In this document: positions 13,056 through 28,305 of the stretch, piece by piece | Numbering within the stretch: the stretch's first letter is position 1 | Layout of the letters: every line of letters begins with the position of its first letter | DNA from: Octopus sinensis | Lineage: Eukaryota | Length of the DNA: 64,000 nt | Assembly: GCF_006345805.1 (NCBI RefSeq) | Contig: NC_043013.1 | Span: 11,966,001 to 12,030,000, forward strand | Reading direction: 5' to 3' | The notes under the pieces: model-generated | Databases searched by the model: none | Told to the model about the DNA's origin: nothing | The model's input: only the letters and a program-made list of their open reading frames with translations | Translations under genes and position numbers: made by a program

Positions 13056-13414
13056 ACTAGCAGTATCGCCCGGCGTTGCTCGGGTTTGTAAGGAAAATAA
13101 CTATATAAGCATTTTTAGAAATGTAAAGTATAATAGCCATCTCAATATGGCTAACCACAAAGGCGGGGGTGTTACTGTAGCTTTTTACGTTCTGAGATTT
13201 AATAATACATTTTTAGAGAGTTACTTCCCTTATATATGCCAAAAATGCATTAAAAATGGGAAAAATTGATGGTAAATTTTTTTAAATCGTAGACTCATAG
13301 TAGACGCGCGCTAATACCCAGAAGGGCTCGATATGAATCACGACTATAAGATGTGGGAGTAGTTAGGAATCTAAATCGTAGGAGACAGACAGCACACAAC
13401 CTCTCTTTTATATA
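13056..13414 (-). mobile_element. Non-autonomous Helitron-like element
   Basis: The minus strand ends in the GC hairpin CCCG-AGCAACGC-CGGG (13069-13084) followed by CTAG (13057-13060). Its 5' end reads tatataaaagagagg ... ctgtctgtct. Confidence 0.7.
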
Positions 13415-14249
13415 AAAAAATTACTTATTTATTTGTCTTTGGTCAAAGTGGTATTTCCTATTTGCTTCTATTAGAAATCAAAGGAGATGACTACTACTCC
13501 TTTGAAAATTTGTATTTGTGACTTAGATTTCAATGTTTTGAAACTGACCTATTTCCCATTACATTTCAGATTCAGTGCTGAGTGGCTGAAGCAGAAATAT
13601 CGTTAGTGCAAATATTCTACTCAATACCACAGATTTGCTTGTCAGATGCTTGATCTTAATCACTTCGTATTTCCTGATAAGCGGGAGTAGTGGGTGAGCC
13701 CCATCGCCATATGCGAAAAAAGATGCTTTGAGGGTTTGATTAAATGTAACAAAAGTAAACTTTGAAGGGAACAGTTATTTTTCATACTTTCTAGGGATGA
13801 AAAATAGAAAATAACAATTGCTACCCAAGGACAAAAGTGGTTCTTATAACAGTGTTATCTTATCCTACATTTTAAAGATAATGACTGCCTGCAATACCTG
13901 TGTTGAGTTTTAAAGCTTGCTAAGCTCTTCTAAGATTCTCACATAGAAAGTCAAGAAACCCCAAAATAATTAAAAGCAAAGTCTTCGGCTTCGTAATGAT
14001 GTGGTTGTTATTTTGGAAATTCCTTCTCCTGAGAGATGTCTAAGCATAAATTAGGCATTCCACACTCCCAGCTGTTGGATATCCATTGACTCTACCGAGT
14101 TCATTTGTCCTATGGCAGGTTTTGTTTATCATTCTGCAGTTTATCGTACGAAAACCACCCCCTTAAGTGTTTCATTAGTTACCTGCTGGTAGTTCAGACA
14201 ACTGTACCCAATGAATAAATAGAATGCCATGAACTCCACTCTTCTTTTA

Positions 14250-14323
<74 letters not shown>

Positions 14324-14777
14324 ATGATGTTCTGGTGAGCTAGATTTCTTTATTTATTTGCAAACATTTGCTAATTTACAATGTATTCTATAATTGTATT
14401 GTATAAATGAAAATATGTACCCATAATTTCTTCCTGACTGAAATTCTACTACTTGAAGAGGGTTGCGAAACGGCTGTAACCCTGTGGAAATCACGTAAAT
14501 AAATAAATCTCTTACCTCCTGATCACCAAGAAATATCATAATCGACGGGACTTCTTTTCGGTTACATGCACTCTCGATATAATACTTCTTTGAAATTGAG
14601 CTGATTGCCGGGTTCGTAGGAGGAGCTATATGAGATAGTCGTACGAGTTTCTGAATCCACATCGTACACTACTCTTTTATAAATATATGCATAAATATAT
14701 ATATGCGTGTGTGTGTGTGTATTTTACTTGTTTCAGTCTGCAGTCTGCGGTCATGTGGTGGCGCTGCCTTTAAATTT

Positions 14778-14824
<47 letters not shown>

Positions 14825-15135
14825 ATTTTCGAATAGAAGCTGAATAGGATTCCAGCAGAAAATTTTGGTTGGTTCCATGGAGTCAAGATGTGACAGGTAT
14901 TTACAATTTCCGTAAAATAGCTAAGGTTCCAAATTCAGATAAAGATGCAGCTGAAAAATAAATAAGAAAACGGAAGTTTTTTTTTTAATGATTAACAAAT
15001 ATTAGATGTTGATTAGACAATGGGTTTCTACATAACTAGAGACGAAACTCTCGGTATTACGGTATCCACCATAAACGACATGGTTTGCGCGTATGTGTGT
15101 GTATGTATGTGTTCGGATGCGCGTGTAGTGTGTAT

Positions 15136-15357
15136 GCAGAATCGTTAGCACGAAGGGTGAAATGCTTAGCGTTATTTCGTCTGCCGCTACGTTCTGAGTT
15201 CAAATTACGCCGAGGTCCACTTTGCCTTTCATCCATACGGGGTCGATTAAATAAGTACCAGTTACGAACTGGGTGGTCGACGTTATCGACTTAATCACTA
15301 TGTCTGTCCTTGTTTGCCCCCTCTATGTTTAGACCTCTGTGAACAATACAGAAATAT
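15136..15357 (+). mobile_element. SINE-B
   Basis: gcagaatcgttagcacg ... gagttcaaatt ... tttgcctttcatcc ... cagaaata. Confidence 0.85.
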
Positions 15358-15472
15358 ATATATATGTGCATGTGCGTGTGTATGTATATATAAATAAGTG
15401 AGTATGTGTGCGGTGCGTATATGCATATATACACACACATATATATATATATGCGTGTGTGCATGTGTATGC

Positions 15473-15508
<36 letters not shown>

Positions 15509-15793
15509 ATAAGTATGTGTGTCTGTAGTCCTTTAAACATATTTACACATGTATGTGTGTGTTTACATTACTGTAGATACCCAAAGTTCCATAAGTGATG
15601 ACTAATTTTAAATTCGATATGATGAAATATTTTTTTACTGTGGGTGATATTATTCAACTCAAGTCATTCCAAATAACACACACACACACACACACCACCT
15701 CTTTCTATAGGCTACATTTAACTTTATATCCTCTAACGTTTATTTTACAAAAGCTTAATAGCGTTAAGTTTATCACTCTATATATCCATTATT

Positions 15794-16001
15794 TATTTCT
15801 TTACTGCCCACAAGGGGCTAAACACAGAGGGGACAAACAAGGGCAGACAAACAGTGCGAAACTGGCACTTTATTTATCGACCCTGAATGGATGAAAGGCA
15901 AAGTCGACCTCGGCGGATTTTGAACTCAGAAAGTAACGACAGACGAAATACGGCTACGCATTTCGCCCGGCGCGCTAACGTTTCTGCCAGCTCGCCGCCT
16001 T
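15794..16001 (-). mobile_element. SINE-B with internal deletion
   Basis: Reverse complement, ending ctgccagctcgccgcctt. Confidence 0.85.
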
Positions 16002-16262
16002 TAATATATACATATGTATGTATATATACACATACATATCTATGTATATATATACACAGATATGTACCTTTAATACATATGATGACGACATATGAGTTTA
16101 TGAAATTGGAGGAGAGAGAGTGAATTGATTCCTTTTTGGAACAATGGATCTCGAAGCAGAAAAGATGAAATAGCTTCGTGTAAATATTGGGCTAAAAAAA
16201 TCTTTGAATAGGAAATTCGAAGGCTGCTTTCACCATGTGTGTGTGTGTGCGCGCGCGCCTGT

Positions 16263-16332
<70 letters not shown>

Positions 16333-17114
16333 GACTCAGACTGCCGATTGCATAGTAATCCAATACAGAGGAGTATAAGGCAGAACTGAAATCCTGAGAT
16401 CCTATCGATGAGATTTTTTCATGGGGAGTATATGAATTATGGTGATTAAAGTTGAGAAATAGCCTTTTTGTGAAGCTATTGTCTTTATGCTACAAATATT
16501 CAGCCATTCGGACGGATTCCATTTGACAGTGAATATTAGCATTCGTGAGGAATTTGAGAGTTTCAGACACTTGTTAATCAAGACTAATTAAGGGCTCAAA
16601 TCAAGACTAATTAAGGGCTCAAATACTGTGGGTTATTATCTGTTTGAATATCATACAGTCTTTACTTTAAAATTGAGATTCTGTTTAAGAGTCTGAATAT
16701 GTCAGTGTAGAAACAGAATTTTATCTTCTGCACATATTAAATCAAGAACAATTCCACAAGATTGCGGGTCGATAAATACTTGTTCATGACAAAATTTTTT
16801 GGCAGAATTTAACCTAAGTCAGACGTAATTTATGAACCAACAAAGAAACATTCACGTAATCACATAGCATGGTTGATGCAGTAATCAAAATGTCCTCGAT
16901 TTAAATATTACAGTCTTAAATGAACCAAGGGAATTATTCAATAATTTACTCTCATATATTCTGTCTGGAAACAGAACAAGTAATCATAATGACAAATAGA
17001 AGGAACTACAACCGATTTTCTATGTGTGTGTGTGTATGTATATATATATATATATATATATACAGAGAGACAGAGATAAAAAGCTAGATAGATAGAGAGA
17101 GGTGGATATATGCA

Positions 17115-17164
<50 letters not shown>

Positions 17165-17220
17165 CCCACTCTTTCACTCTCTCTCTCTCTCTCTCTCTCT
17201 CCCTTTATATATATATATAT

Positions 17221-17447
17221 CTTTACTACCCACAAGGGGCTAAACACAGAGGGGACAAACAAGGACAGACAAACAGATTAAGTCGATTATATCGACTCCA
17301 GTGCGCAACTGGTACTTAATTTATCGACCCTGACCCTGAAAGGATGAAAGGCAAAGTCAACCTCGGCGGAATTTAAACTCAGAAGGTAACGGCAGACGAA
17401 ATACGGTTACGCATTTCGCCCGGCGCTAACGTTTCTGGCAGCTCGCC
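17221..17447 (-). mobile_element. SINE-B, directly head-to-head with a SINE-A head at 17449-17530
   Basis: Junction ... ggcagctcgcc|a|ggcgcaggagtgg. Confidence 0.85.
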
Positions 17448-17771
17448 AGGCGCAGGAGTGGTTGTACGGAGTGGCAGTAAGACGTTTGCTTCTCAACCAC
17501 ACGGTTCCGGTTTCGCTCCTACTGTGTGACACTGTTACGTCACACTGCGCATTTTACCGCTAGAGCAAAGGTCACCAATAACAGATGGGCAGGTAATTTG
17601 AGTTCTGTCTAAAGTAAACTACATCAACACATGTTTCCCTCTGTTGCTGATGTAATGCTTTTATTTTAGGCTAAGTATTAACCAGTATAAACTTCAGAAA
17701 ATCAGCTGTGTTAACGTACAATGAAGATAATACAATGACTATAAAATAGATATTAACGTTAGTGTCACATT

Positions 17772-18114
17772 AAGGCGGCGGGCTGGCGGAGCCGTTAGAC
17801 CGGCGGGCAAAATGCTTAGTGACATTTCGTCTGTTTTACGTTCTGTGTTCAAATTCAGCCGAGGTCGACCTTGCCTTTCGTTCATTCATGAGTGGGTAAA
17901 ATATGTACTAGTTGAACGCTGGGGTAGATGCAATTCACTGACACCCCCTCTTAATTGCAAGCCAAAATCTAAAGGCAATATTGGTTTCAAATATTGGTAC
18001 AAAGCCAGCAATTTCGGGCAAGAGGCTAAGTCTTTTACATCGACCCCAGTATTCAAATGTTACTTAATTTATCGATTCTGAAGGAATGGATCGCAAAGTC
18101 GAACTTGGCGGAGG
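17772..18114. mobile_element. Two decayed SINE-B variants, tail-to-tail
   Basis: Plus-strand head aaggcggcgggctggc at 17772; a minus-strand core from about 17984. Confidence 0.6.
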
Positions 18115-18751
18115 AGATAAATAATATTCGTATCTAAACGATCATAAAAGTTCTTCAAAGTCACTGAGTCTTTGTTGCATCGAGGCATTTTGTTGCTTCG
18201 AGGCACGCACACAAAACGATTTGAAACAGTGCTGGATTATACTCGTACATGTTTCCTTCAGTTTTGAAGGTTTCCTAATATATTAGACCAGAGAAAGAAA
18301 AAGTATATAACAAGATCTATCATTGTGAAACGAAATGTTTGCTTTGCCGGACACTTCTGAAAAGGAAAAAATAGATCTCGTTACTTTCTGAAACCCAAGT
18401 TTAGACAATTAACATGGCTGAAATCACAGTGGATACCCTGAAAAGGTACACACTGACACACACACACACACACAATCAGAAACTTATATGCAAAGACTTA
18501 TACATGTACATGACTAGAGACGTTACGTTCCAACTAAACTGTAGCACTGAAATTCATTCAATAGAGTTTTGACAGCATAAGAAATGAAATACAATAACGG
18601 ATAGCATATATGTATGTGTTTTGATTCCATACATATATCTGTGCCTCTCTCTTTCAATATATATGTGTATATATATATATTATATATAGATATATATATA
18701 TAAATATATATATATATACAGGTATGTATAAATGTATAGTATATACATATC

Positions 18752-18782
<31 letters not shown>

Positions 18783-18941
18783 CGCACACCTATATATATA
18801 CATATATAGATACATACATATATAGAGGCACATGTGCAATTCTGTTGTCTCGTATGTGAAGTTTCTTTGAAATTTCACATGAAAGGACAGAAAGGAAGAG
18901 ATATAAGTATTAGACAGATTTACTTTTATCATCATCACCAC

Positions 18942-18994
<53 letters not shown>

Positions 18995-19054
18995 ATATTC
19001 TGCTTCGCATTACTATTATTATTTTTTTATTGCTGTTGTTGTTGTTATGATCAA

Positions 19055-19103
<49 letters not shown>

Positions 19104-19104
19104 G

Positions 19105-19151
<47 letters not shown>

Positions 19152-19368
19152 GTTATTATTATTATTATCATTACTATTGTTATTGTTGTTGTTGTTGTTG
19201 CTTTTCTTGTTAATTTCATTGCAGAACAAAAAACAGCGTTACCACAGAAAATAATGGTATATAAGTATATATATATCCATAGGTGTGTGTGAGTGTGTGT
19301 GTGTGTGTGTGTGCGTGTGCATAGGTGTATGCAGGTACGTTTCCCTGCATGTATGTGTGTATGTATGC

Positions 19369-19409
<41 letters not shown>

Positions 19410-19614
19410 CAATATATTTGTATGTATATATATATATATATAATTGTATATATACATATATATATATATATACACATATATATATATTTGTAGGTATATA
19501 TATATATATATATGTTTATATGTTTGTATGTATGTATGTAAGTGTCCATATATATATATATGCGTAAACCACAGATTCGCACGCAAATATACTTTGTTGT
19601 ATATACACGCGCAC

Positions 19615-19651
<37 letters not shown>

Positions 19652-19985
19652 GTGTACATGGATTTATTTGTTTATTTATTAGAAATTTAGATGTGACACA
19701 CCAGACTGTCGTTTAAGATTCGTATTTTGCATTTTTCAGATAAGGACATATAATAATAATAACAGCAGCAGCAACAACAACAATGACATTAGCAACAACA
19801 ACAACAAGAGTACCAGCAGCAGCAGCAGCAATGACGCTAGCAACACGAGGAAGAAGTAGAAGGAGGAGGGAGAGGGGGAAACGAGAGTAGTGAGATGTAG
19901 GTAATAAGAAGTGTATAGAGAAAAAATAAGTAAAACCACGTTTTATTATTGTTGCTGGTATATAACAAAAGTCTAAGATTAATTC

Positions 19986-20018
<33 letters not shown>

Positions 20019-20277
20019 CGTGTGTGTATGTGTGTGAGGGTATACATATATAAATGTATACATATATATATATATGTATATATATGTGTGTGTATATTAA
20101 TCTATATTTATATCCTTATATATATATACATATATTCATTTATATATGAAGAAATATATATACGCGTAATAATACACATACATATATATATATATATATA
20201 TACATAAATACGTATATATATATATAATACATACATATATTATATATGTATATATACACACATATATATATATATAA

Positions 20278-20314
<37 letters not shown>

Positions 20315-21139
20315 GACTCGGGAACAGATACCAAAACACATATTCACAAACACAAACACTCATAATCGAACACACACATACACAAACCACACACAGAGGC
20401 ACACATATACACGCACACACCTACACATACACACACACACAGATGCACCAGAAACACACACAAATACACAACCCGAGAAACTTAACTCAGTTTCGTTTCA
20501 GCGATGACGTTGGCGTGTACGTGTAACGCAAGGGGTGGAGGTGTGTGTGTGTGTGTGTGTGCGGATGATGCGTCTTTGATCAAAGGAATGTTTCTGAACG
20601 AAGGACTTGACAATTGAGAATCCGTTTTCTTCCTACCATTATTATTCTTCCACCACCATCATCACCACTACCACCTCTACCATTAGCACCCCGAACAGCA
20701 AAGACCAGCACCAACACCAACAACGCCGCCACCAGCAACATCACCGCTGAGAGAACATCTACCATAACTCCAGCTTTCTAGCTTCAGCAAAGATTATAAC
20801 CGGAAGTCATCTAGAATTTTAGAACATATTCAGTTACGTGAGACAGAACATATTGGAGATGTTTATAGACGGATGTTACACACCCTCGAAATTTAAAAAA
20901 AAAAAAGAGAAAAAGAAAATGAAACAAAATACCATAAAATAAAATAAATTGAATATTTTAATCAATTTTCCATTCGTCCTATTTATTTTTCCCTTTCTTT
21001 TCTTCATTCCATATTCCTTCCTTCCTTTCTTTCCACCTTCCTCTCCGTCTTTTACTCTTTATTTCCATGCAGCTTCCCTATTATTGTGTATTTTTATCTT
21101 TCCACTTAATATTCTGTCATATATATATATATATATATG

Positions 21140-21193
<54 letters not shown>

Positions 21194-21246
21194 AATATAA
21201 AATATTATATATATATATATATATCTATATATTATTATATTTATAA

Positions 21247-21290
<44 letters not shown>

Positions 21291-21296
21291 ATATAT

Positions 21297-21339
<43 letters not shown>

Positions 21340-21350
21340 ATATTATACAG

Positions 21351-21389
<39 letters not shown>

Positions 21390-21758
21390 TATATAGTGTG
21401 TATGCATGTATCATGCGCCCTGCACACACACACGTATATATATAATATATATATCTACACACAGACACCCACAACACACACGACTCACAGATCACACACA
21501 CACACACTCACATATATATATACACATATGAACCGCATTTTAATTGATATTTTTCAGAGTACTGTTCCTTTTTTGTCAATTTGTCATCATTACCTTCGTT
21601 CTTTTTCAATGTTGTATACGAACATGCATATATATATCAGCATGTGCGTATATATATTTCCCTCTTTCTTTCTGTCTTTCTTTCACTCTCTCTCTCTCTC
21701 TCTCTCTTCATATGTGTGTGTGGGGGGGAACTCTAGTTAACAGTACTCTCTCTCACGC

Positions 21759-21798
<40 letters not shown>

Positions 21799-22075
21799 TG
21801 TATCTTTGTATGTATAGAATATGCTTGCATGCATTGTTTAATAGCAACTGGGTTGTGCATAGTTTTTTCTAAATACTTTTTTTCTTAAATGACATTGTGA
21901 TATGTACAGATTTTTCTAAGTATACACTTGTATGTGAGTGTCATTTTACGCACACACACACACACACACCACACACATATATATATATTATATATATATA
22001 TATATATATACATATACATATCACACACCATATATATACATATATACATATATATACATACATACAAATATATAT

Positions 22076-22117
<42 letters not shown>

Positions 22118-22224
22118 ATATATATATATATATTTATATACATATATGTAAATTCTCATTCTTGCATGCATGTATATATGCTTTATGCATGCGTATGTAT
22201 GTGTATATAGACATATATATAATA

Positions 22225-22257
<33 letters not shown>

Positions 22258-22264
22258 AGATATG

Positions 22265-22358
<94 letters not shown>

Positions 22359-23194
22359 CTCAGACGTGTAATATAGCCTATATATATATAAATACATTTT
22401 GCACTACGCAATATAGACAATCACATACACACACAGGCACATGTGTTGTAATTGTAATTGTGTGCTTATGTGTATGTGACATCTTTCTATTTGTATTAAG
22501 TGTATTCTTGTTCATATTATGTGAGCATGCGTTTTTGTGCCTGTATGTATGCATACGTGTCTGTATGTGTGTGTGGACATACCTGCGTGTGTGCTCGCGT
22601 GTCAGTTTATATGCATACGTTCGCGTTGTGCAATATGCGTTCTTAATCCATGCAAAAATTTAGAAAACCATCCTATACGAAAAGATAGACAGGTAGATAC
22701 ATATCCTGATAGAATACTACAACGATAGATATATAGATAGATATGCCAATACATAGATAGGTATAACGATAGACATTACACAAAGGAGAAAGGAAACAAT
22801 CGTAAGAAGTAGAGAAAACTTCAAAATTATCTTTCAAAATCTCATATTACAATGATTCTGAATTTTGATATCCTACACGCTGCCTCACTCACACATGTTT
22901 CATACAAGTATGCATGTATCTGTTGATGGTATCTGTATTCCTATGTGCGTTGTTGTGTGTATGTGTGTAAAATATATGCATGCCTCGTATCACTACATGA
23001 TGACTAAAATAGTTCTCCTGTGGCTGTCGCATTTTTAAATTCATCCCCAGGTATCACACTGCATATATATTCTATTATAATGTCGCTTTAATTTTCTTTT
23101 GTGCGTGTGTGTGGGTGTGTGTTGGTGTCATACATCTTTATCTATTCGCTTACGCTGTTCTCATATATATATATACATATATATATATATACAT

Positions 23195-23232
<38 letters not shown>

Positions 23233-24096
23233 GGTTTACATATGCATAATAATATAATATACTTTTATTATAATATGTATATGCGCTATCATATATATAC
23301 ATATATAATATATATGTTGTATGATTCGAATGTTGTCGTTATTATTAATATTATTATTATTATCATCATTATTATTATCATTATTATTATTTTGAATTTT
23401 CAAGCAAAAAAATAAAATTTTGTTTATATGTTCTCCTACGTGATATATATATATTTCATCTCTATTGCCGCTTTCATCTTATATTTCGTTGGATATCTTA
23501 TCTTCTTGCATCCAATCCTCACGTCAGCAAAACAAAACAATGAAATATATAAATAAACAAGGAAGATATTACCAGAACATTATCTTTATCATTATTCAAC
23601 GTGATAATAAAGGATTCTGAAAACAGTATATTCTCAATGGATAAAATGTTGGTCAGACAATTGAAATTTTGGTAACGCGCGTTCGATCCTGTGGTTGTTT
23701 TGTTAATATAAGTTAGGTTTCACACTTCGTTTAGATTTAATAAGACTTAAGATATTTCATAGGCATGGCTATGTGATTAAGAAGTTCGCTTTGAATTCGT
23801 GTATTTCACTTTAATTGTAGGTGTACAAATGTCTTCTACTGCAGACCGCAGACTGACTAATGCTTTGTGAGTAAATTTGACAAATAGAATACCGTCGTGT
23901 GTGTATGTATGGATGGATGCGTATGTGTGTGCATATATACACACCCAAATATATATATGTATATATGCATTTGTCTATATGTATGTATGCGCGCATGTGT
24001 GTCTTTGTGTTTCAGTTTGTTACCACCACATCGCTTGGCTTCGGCGTTGGTTAGCTTATGTCCTTGTCATTTAGTGATTCAATCAAAGCCCGATAT

Positions 24097-24137
<41 letters not shown>

Positions 24138-24499
24138 CATATGTATCGAGAGGAGATATATTTGTTCAGTTCTATCATTTTTACCATGAGGCACTATGGT
24201 CTACATGTCTCTTTTTTGAATCTGTCTTCAATTAATCAGATGTAGTTTTTGATAACAGTTTCTACATTCTTTGTTTTGGTTATGAATGTTTAGTTAAGTG
24301 GTAATGCTTCCTTGTTCCAATATGTAAACACATCTATTAAAAATGTAACTGTAATAATGCTGGGCGGGAAAGTGCATGGCATGATGCTAAGAAGTCAAGC
24401 ATTAACAAGGTATTTTTACAACAGCTTAGATTTTTTCTAGGAGGTATATTGACATGCTAAAATTATGAAACAAATTTCCATATCTTATGCTATCTTATC

Positions 24500-24995
24500 G
24501 GCCTTGACTACCTATTTTTCTCCCCGGTCAGGTAAGTTGCCCAGACCAATATAACTCTTTCATTCCAGATGAACCGATCGCCCAAACAAGTCTCCATATC
24601 CTCAACTCGATATCCACTGTCTTTCACATGCCACCGATAACTATATGTCCGAGCGTGGGTAAGAATGTTGCGATACATTTGCTGCTTTGTACGTTTCGCT
24701 CCAAAGAAAGGCTGAGTGCGAGATACCTCTGCAAAGACGCGGAGGTTTGGCTTGTAAATGCACCCGGACGCGGTCTATCATTTTCCAAGAAATCTTAGAA
24801 TAGGAAAAAATGTAAAAAGTTTTACATGCAGTCTCTTACAAAGTTTGGATGGCAACGGCTGGAATGCCTTTCAAAATATGCCTGCTCGGTCAGAAGAGAC
24901 TGCGCGATCCAGCAACTTCAATGAATTGCTTCTTCGAGAAAACCGTTAGACAGTCGGGCCATATGGCACAATAGACGCCAAACGTATAGTACATG
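24500..24995 (-). mobile_element. Possible highly decayed L2/CR1-group LINE tail
   Basis: Frameshifted YCAIW ... SLKLLDR on the minus strand loosely resembles the YCSHIW ... LLDRIQ region. Weak evidence. Confidence 0.3.
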
Positions 24996-25007
24996 TGAAG
25001 TGATGCA

Positions 25008-25056
<49 letters not shown>

Positions 25057-25058
<2 letters not shown>

Positions 25059-25228
25059 CTTTTTCTTCTTTCAAGTAATGTGACTGCGACCATGCTGAAG
25101 CACCAGCTTTAGTCGAGCAAATCGACCTCAGGACTAAACCTAGTACTTATTCTATCGGCCTCTTTTTTGCCGAACTTCTAAGTTACGGAGGACGTAAACA
25201 CACTACCATCGGTTGTCAAGCGATGTTG

Positions 25229-25230
<2 letters not shown>
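25057..25230 (-). mobile_element. SINE-A 3' half
   Basis: Reverse complement of the SINE-A tail. Confidence 0.8.
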
Positions 25231-25261
<31 letters not shown>

Positions 25262-25321
25262 TGTGTGTGTGTGCGTGTGTGTATGCGTGTGTGTGTGTGT
25301 GTGTGTGTGTTTGTGTGTGTA

Positions 25322-26066
25322 CAGGGTGCATAAGGTATTTGAGGACATACCTTTTCGTGTCATTGCTGCCTTTTTTCTAACTCTGCAGAAAAAGATTTGA
25401 TTTGGATTTTTCTCAAACGAGAAAAACGTTAACGGAAGAAATGATAGATGGTTGTTTGCAGACACTTTTGAGGTTCAAAGTGTTATGCATAAAAAAATTC
25501 CTGCAACTTTCATAGTTTTAGGGGTTGTCAGCAATGAAACATATGTGATGCCTCCTTACTTCTTTCCACAGGGTCTTAGAATTAATTCTGCCGCCTACAT
25601 TGAAGTCCTGAAAATATTTATTAAGCCCTGGATAGACAGTGCATGTAATGGAATGCCACATGTGTTTCAGTAAGACTCTGCATTATCACACATGATTCTA
25701 GTTACTCAGGAATGGATCGTTGAAAACTTTCATGATCACATAACCCCTAACATTTGGCCTCCTAATTCCCCAGATCTATTACATGTGGAGCGTTGTTGAG
25801 AGAGAGGTCAATGAACACATCCATAACACCGAAGATTCTATGAAAGCTGCCGTAGTCAGAGTAATGTCCAAAATGTACCAAGACTACTTGACTGGAACAT
25901 GTAGATGATTCAGACGTCATATAGAAGCAGTTGTTGAAGCTGAAGGTGGTTTTATTGAATAACATTGTAGAAAATATTCATTCTTATCCTCATAGCATTT
26001 GTTGAAAAAAAATTTGTCAGTTATTTTATAAACATAAGTCTGTTCTCAAATATCTTACGCACTCTG
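25322..26066 (+). mobile_element. Internally deleted Tc1/mariner element with a DD37D (maT-like) transposase remnant
   Basis: TIRs cagggtgcataaggtatttgaggaca / tgttctcaaatatcttacgcactctg with TA on both sides. Remnant FQ*DSA..H....TQEW......WPPNSPDL ... EAVVEAEGGFIE. The spacing equals 37 if the deleted NPLD is restored. Confidence 0.85.
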
Positions 26067-26167
26067 TATATGTTCATATATATATTTATATACATATATG
26101 TGTGCGTATATATGTATACTTATATATATATATATATGTGTGTATGTATATATATATACATATATAT

Positions 26168-26202
<35 letters not shown>

Positions 26203-26203
<1 letters not shown>

Positions 26204-26325
26204 TTTATTTTAAGCAGCAGAAAATTCAGCAAAATTCTGCTGCTTAAAATAAAGCATATTACTCTACCACTGGTATTTGAGTACTCTTTTTTCACCTTGT
26301 TTCACATTTATGTGTTTACTACGGT
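26203..26325 (+). mobile_element. Fold-back element in (TA)n, same family as 1818-1995
   Basis: Perfect 20-bp arms at 26203-26222 and 26235-26254; shared tail aaataaagcatattactctacc ... tttcacatttatg. Confidence 0.75.
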
Positions 26326-26350
26326 ATATATATATATATATATATATATC

Positions 26351-26393
<43 letters not shown>

Positions 26394-26744
26394 CGTATGC
26401 AAAAGAGGGATAGATAGATAGAGAGAGAGACAGAGAAAGTGAGAGAAGGAAAGAGAGAGTGAGAGATGTTTATCAAACCTGAAAACTTTCACAAAATTTT
26501 ACTCACGAAACCTGGAGAATGATATGCACCTTTGGTACTATATAATAGTTGTATTTATGTTTTTAAAAGTCACACCGAGCATTTCTGGGTAAAAACAAAA
26601 ATATGCGTTGAAAGGTTATTGAGTTAAGGTATTTTAACCTTTCATTTGCAACAATACATAGCACACAGTCTTATTCTATATTATTTCAATCGTTACAAAT
26701 GGTTTTAGTTAACGGTCAAACGTTTCATTCAATGGATTCCTTTA

Positions 26745-26974
26745 TGCAGTGAGCTGGCAGAAACATTAGCACGCCGGGCGAAATGCGTAGCCGTATTTCG
26801 TCTGCCGTTAAGTTCTGAGTTCAAATTCTGCCGAGGTCGACTTTGCCTTTCATCCTTTCGAGGTCGATTAAATAAGTACCAGTTACGCACTGGGGTCGAT
26901 GTAATCGACCTAATCCGTTTGTCTGTCCTTGTTCGTCCCTCTGTGTTTAGCCCCTTGTGGGTAGTAAAGAAATA
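26745..26974 (+). mobile_element. Full SINE-B monomer with an 11-bp TSD
   Basis: ggattccttta at 26734-26744 and 26975-26985. Confidence 0.9.
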
Positions 26975-27734
26975 GGATTCCTTTAGTTTTGAAATTTTAA
27001 ACTGTATTTTCTGACATACAAGTCAACTTAGTGTAAACATGAGTGGTAAACACTGAAACATCGTCACTATCTTTCCAAATGCTGTTGCAATTCACATCTA
27101 AAGTTTGGACCTCAAAAATTGTCTCGGTGTTTAAACTTTGGTGCGAAATATGCGAAATATTCGACTTGTTTGCTGGAAAATATAGTAATACCTTGACAAA
27201 TAGGATCCAAAGGACTACTTGATTATTTGCTAATTAATGCGTAATGCATCAACTCAAAACTATTATAGAGCGAATATTTGAAACTAAATACGGAGAGGCA
27301 CGAGTCTAATTTCTATCAAAACTATTAGTGCAATGGTCGTTTGGTATATATGTCTCAATAAAAAATACGTAAGCACATTGGAAAATAGAAGAATTTAAAA
27401 ACTTAAGAATTAGACAAATAGACTAATTACATATTGGTTTATGCTTTCGCTTGCGAATACTTGCGATAAATGTTTTCCTTTTAATTTTTTTAAAATACGT
27501 CGTGTAAATTCTCTTTCAATAAATGCCTTTTAAAATCAGTCAGTAAATGTCTTTTATGTTTTTTTTTATGAGCTTTTTCCTTTATTTTATTTTCCTTTTA
27601 TTTTCTGCATCTTTGTTCAATAATTCAAAATTCATTAGTCTGAATTTTCGATCATTCAAGCTACCGTTATTCAGAATTTCCAGGCAATTGGTATCACGAT
27701 GTCTTACGTTTGACTTTATGAACAAACCAATATA

Positions 27735-28134
27735 AAATTATACCCTTTTCTACTCTTGGCACAAGGCACGAATTTTGGGGAAGGCGGCCAGAAGATCGAT
27801 CCCAGTACGCAACTGGTACTTAATTTATGGACCCCGAATGGATTAAAGGCAAAGTCAACCACGGTGGAATTTGAACTCAACGTAAAACCAGACGAAATAC
27901 CTATTTCTATACTACCAACAAGGGGCTAAATACAGAGAGGACAAAGAAGGACAGACAAACAGATTAAGTCGATTATATCGACTCCAGTGCGTAACTGGTA
28001 CTTAATTTATCGACCCCGAAAGGTTGAAAGGCAAAGTCGACCTCGGCGGAATTTGAACTCAGAACGTAACGGCAGACAAAATACCGCTAAGCATTTCGCC
28101 TGGTGTGCTAACGATTCTGTCAGCTCACCGCCTT
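27735..28134 (-). mobile_element. SINE-B dimer: head-core-tail1 plus core-tail2
   Basis: Junction gaaatac|ctatttc at 27894-27907. Confidence 0.85.
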
Positions 28135-28305
28135 AAATACACAATTATATTCAAACATACATACCTATGACTGTGTAAGGTGCTTGCTCTGTAAGTAATT
28201 TGTTTAGAATTCAGTACCACTGCGTGGCACACTTCGCACATATTTTCTACTATAGCCTCACGCCAACCAATGATATGCGAAGAATCTCCTAGGAAAAAAT
28301 TTAAA

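Noticed and set aside
14354-14662. 102-aa complex-sequence ORF on the minus strand
   Set aside because: No recognisable motif or exon structure; consistent with a chance ORF.
16576-16621. 23-bp direct tandem duplication
   Set aside because: An ordinary slippage event with nothing between the copies.
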